From: Tubiluchus corallicola
Taxonomy: Eukaryota > Animalia > Priapulida
Assembly: GCA_030141605.1 (NCBI GenBank)
Contig: JAQGDQ010002402.1
Location: forward strand, 1-64,000
DNA length: 64,000 bases
Reading direction: 5' to 3'
The notes beneath the pieces are model-generated. The model was given only the letters and a program-made list of their open reading frames with translations. It did no database searches and had not been told where the DNA came from. Of this stretch, positions 63,049 through 64,000 are shown in pieces (position 1 is the first letter of the stretch; each line of letters opens with the position of its first letter). The position numbers and the translations under genes were made by a program.

Positions 63049-63996
63049 ATGGACAGCAAAGTTTTTAACATAGAGACAATTGACCCAATTGAAATATTTG
63101 GGGTGAACAACAAAAGGCTTGAGGCTTTAGCTGGTGAGTTCCCTAAGTTAAGTATTGTAGGTAGGGGTAATGAAATTAAAGTATCGGGCGAAGAAAGTGA
63201 GATTGTAAGATTTAGAAAGAAATTTAAACTACTGTTAGAGAACTATCGTGAATTTAACTTTATTAGTGACGATGCCTTTAATCATATTGTAAAAGGACGG
63301 TACGAAAATGTGATGAGCGAGGCAGATAAGGATGTAATTTTATACGGGGTAAATGGGAAACCAGTAAGAGCTTTGACCCACAATCAAAAGAAACTTGAAC
63401 GGTTATACCCCAAAAATGATATTATTTTTGCAGTAGGGCCTGCGGGTACTGGTAAAACTTATACTGCTATTGCCTTGGCAGTACGAGCATTGAAAAACAG
63501 AGAAGTACGGCGTATTATCCTGTGTCGCCCTGCAGTGGAGGCAGGTGAAAGCCTTGGTTTCTTACCGGGCGATTTGTTGGAAAAAATTACACCTTATCTT
63601 CAACCTTTGTACGATGCACTGGCAGATATGATTCCAAAAGGAAGATTAAAAGAGTACTTGGATGATGATGTAATTCAGATTTCACCTTTGGCATATATGC
63701 GAGGACGAACATTGTCTGATGCAGTGGTAATACTGGATGAGGCTCAAAATGCTACAAACAAGCAGTTGAAAATGTTTTTAACACGTATGGGCAAAAACTC
63801 ACATATGATTGTTACTGGCGATATTACACAAATTGACTTACCTCGTAGGAGTGATTCGGGACTGGTGTCGGCAGTAAATATTTTAAAAGAGATTAAAGGT
63901 ATTGAAACAATTATGTTCGACAAAGAAGATGTGGTGCGACATAGGTTGGTAAAGGATATTATTGAAGCATATGAAAAAGAAGAATTAAAAAAATAA
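63049..63996 (+). CDS. phoH: PhoH family ATPase
   Basis: GPAGTGKT, RPAVEAGE.LGFLPG, YMRGRTL, LDEAQN, TGDITQIDL. Confidence 0.93.
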   Translation: MDSKVFNIETIDPIEIFGVNNKRLEALAGEFPKLSIVGRGNEIKVSGEESEIVRFRKKFKLLLENYREFNFISDDAFNHIVKGRYENVMSEADKDVILYGVNGKPVRALTHNQKKLERLYPKNDIIFAVGPAGTGKTYTAIALAVRALKNREVRRIILCRPAVEAGESLGFLPGDLLEKITPYLQPLYDALADMIPKGRLKEYLDDDVIQISPLAYMRGRTLSDAVVILDEAQNATNKQLKMFLTRMGKNSHMIVTGDITQIDLPRRSDSGLVSAVNILKEIKGIETIMFDKEDVVRHRLVKDIIEAYEKEELKK

Positions 63997-64000
63997 GAAT

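Noticed and set aside
1-64000. tRNA/rRNA genes, tracrRNA, integrase
   Set aside because: None recognised by eye. No anti-repeat to the CRISPR repeat was seen, consistent with type VI; a covariance-model scan was not possible.

Overview
AT-rich chromosomal window from a Bacteroidota bacterium (TAnnTTTG promoter elements, Bacteroidales/Marinilabiliales-like gene set; taxonomy inferred). Most of it is housekeeping: TonB/ExbBD, ychF, a kduI-kduD-DUF4861-eda-exuT uronate operon, trpCF, msrBA, fabI, recF, ribH, holA, menCE, grpE-dnaJ, leuACD, pheS, pnp-rpsO, a fused 2-oxoacid dehydrogenase E1 and phoH. Four accessory islands interrupt it. (1) The main find is a minimal type VI CRISPR locus at about 45.6-49.3 kb. 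It encodes a divergent 875-aa protein with two terminal HEPN motifs (R49NYFSH54, R832NAAFH837) and Cas13b-like motifs, followed by a 7-repeat/6-spacer array (36-nt repeat, 30-nt spacers). There is no cas1/cas2/csx27/csx28, and the cassette is bracketed by imperfect inverted repeats nested inside ~100-bp direct repeats. (2) Three tandem GLUG-repeat surface lipoprotein genes with near-identical ends and shuffled middles. (3) Two tandem LRR lipoprotein genes that differ almost only at LRR variable positions, with a heptamer microsatellite and flanking direct repeats. (4) A decayed IS256 next to a frameshifted FISUMP-domain gene. One dispersed repeat family marks the edges of three of the islands. 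All calls come from reading the sequence and ORF track by eye; no database searches were run.
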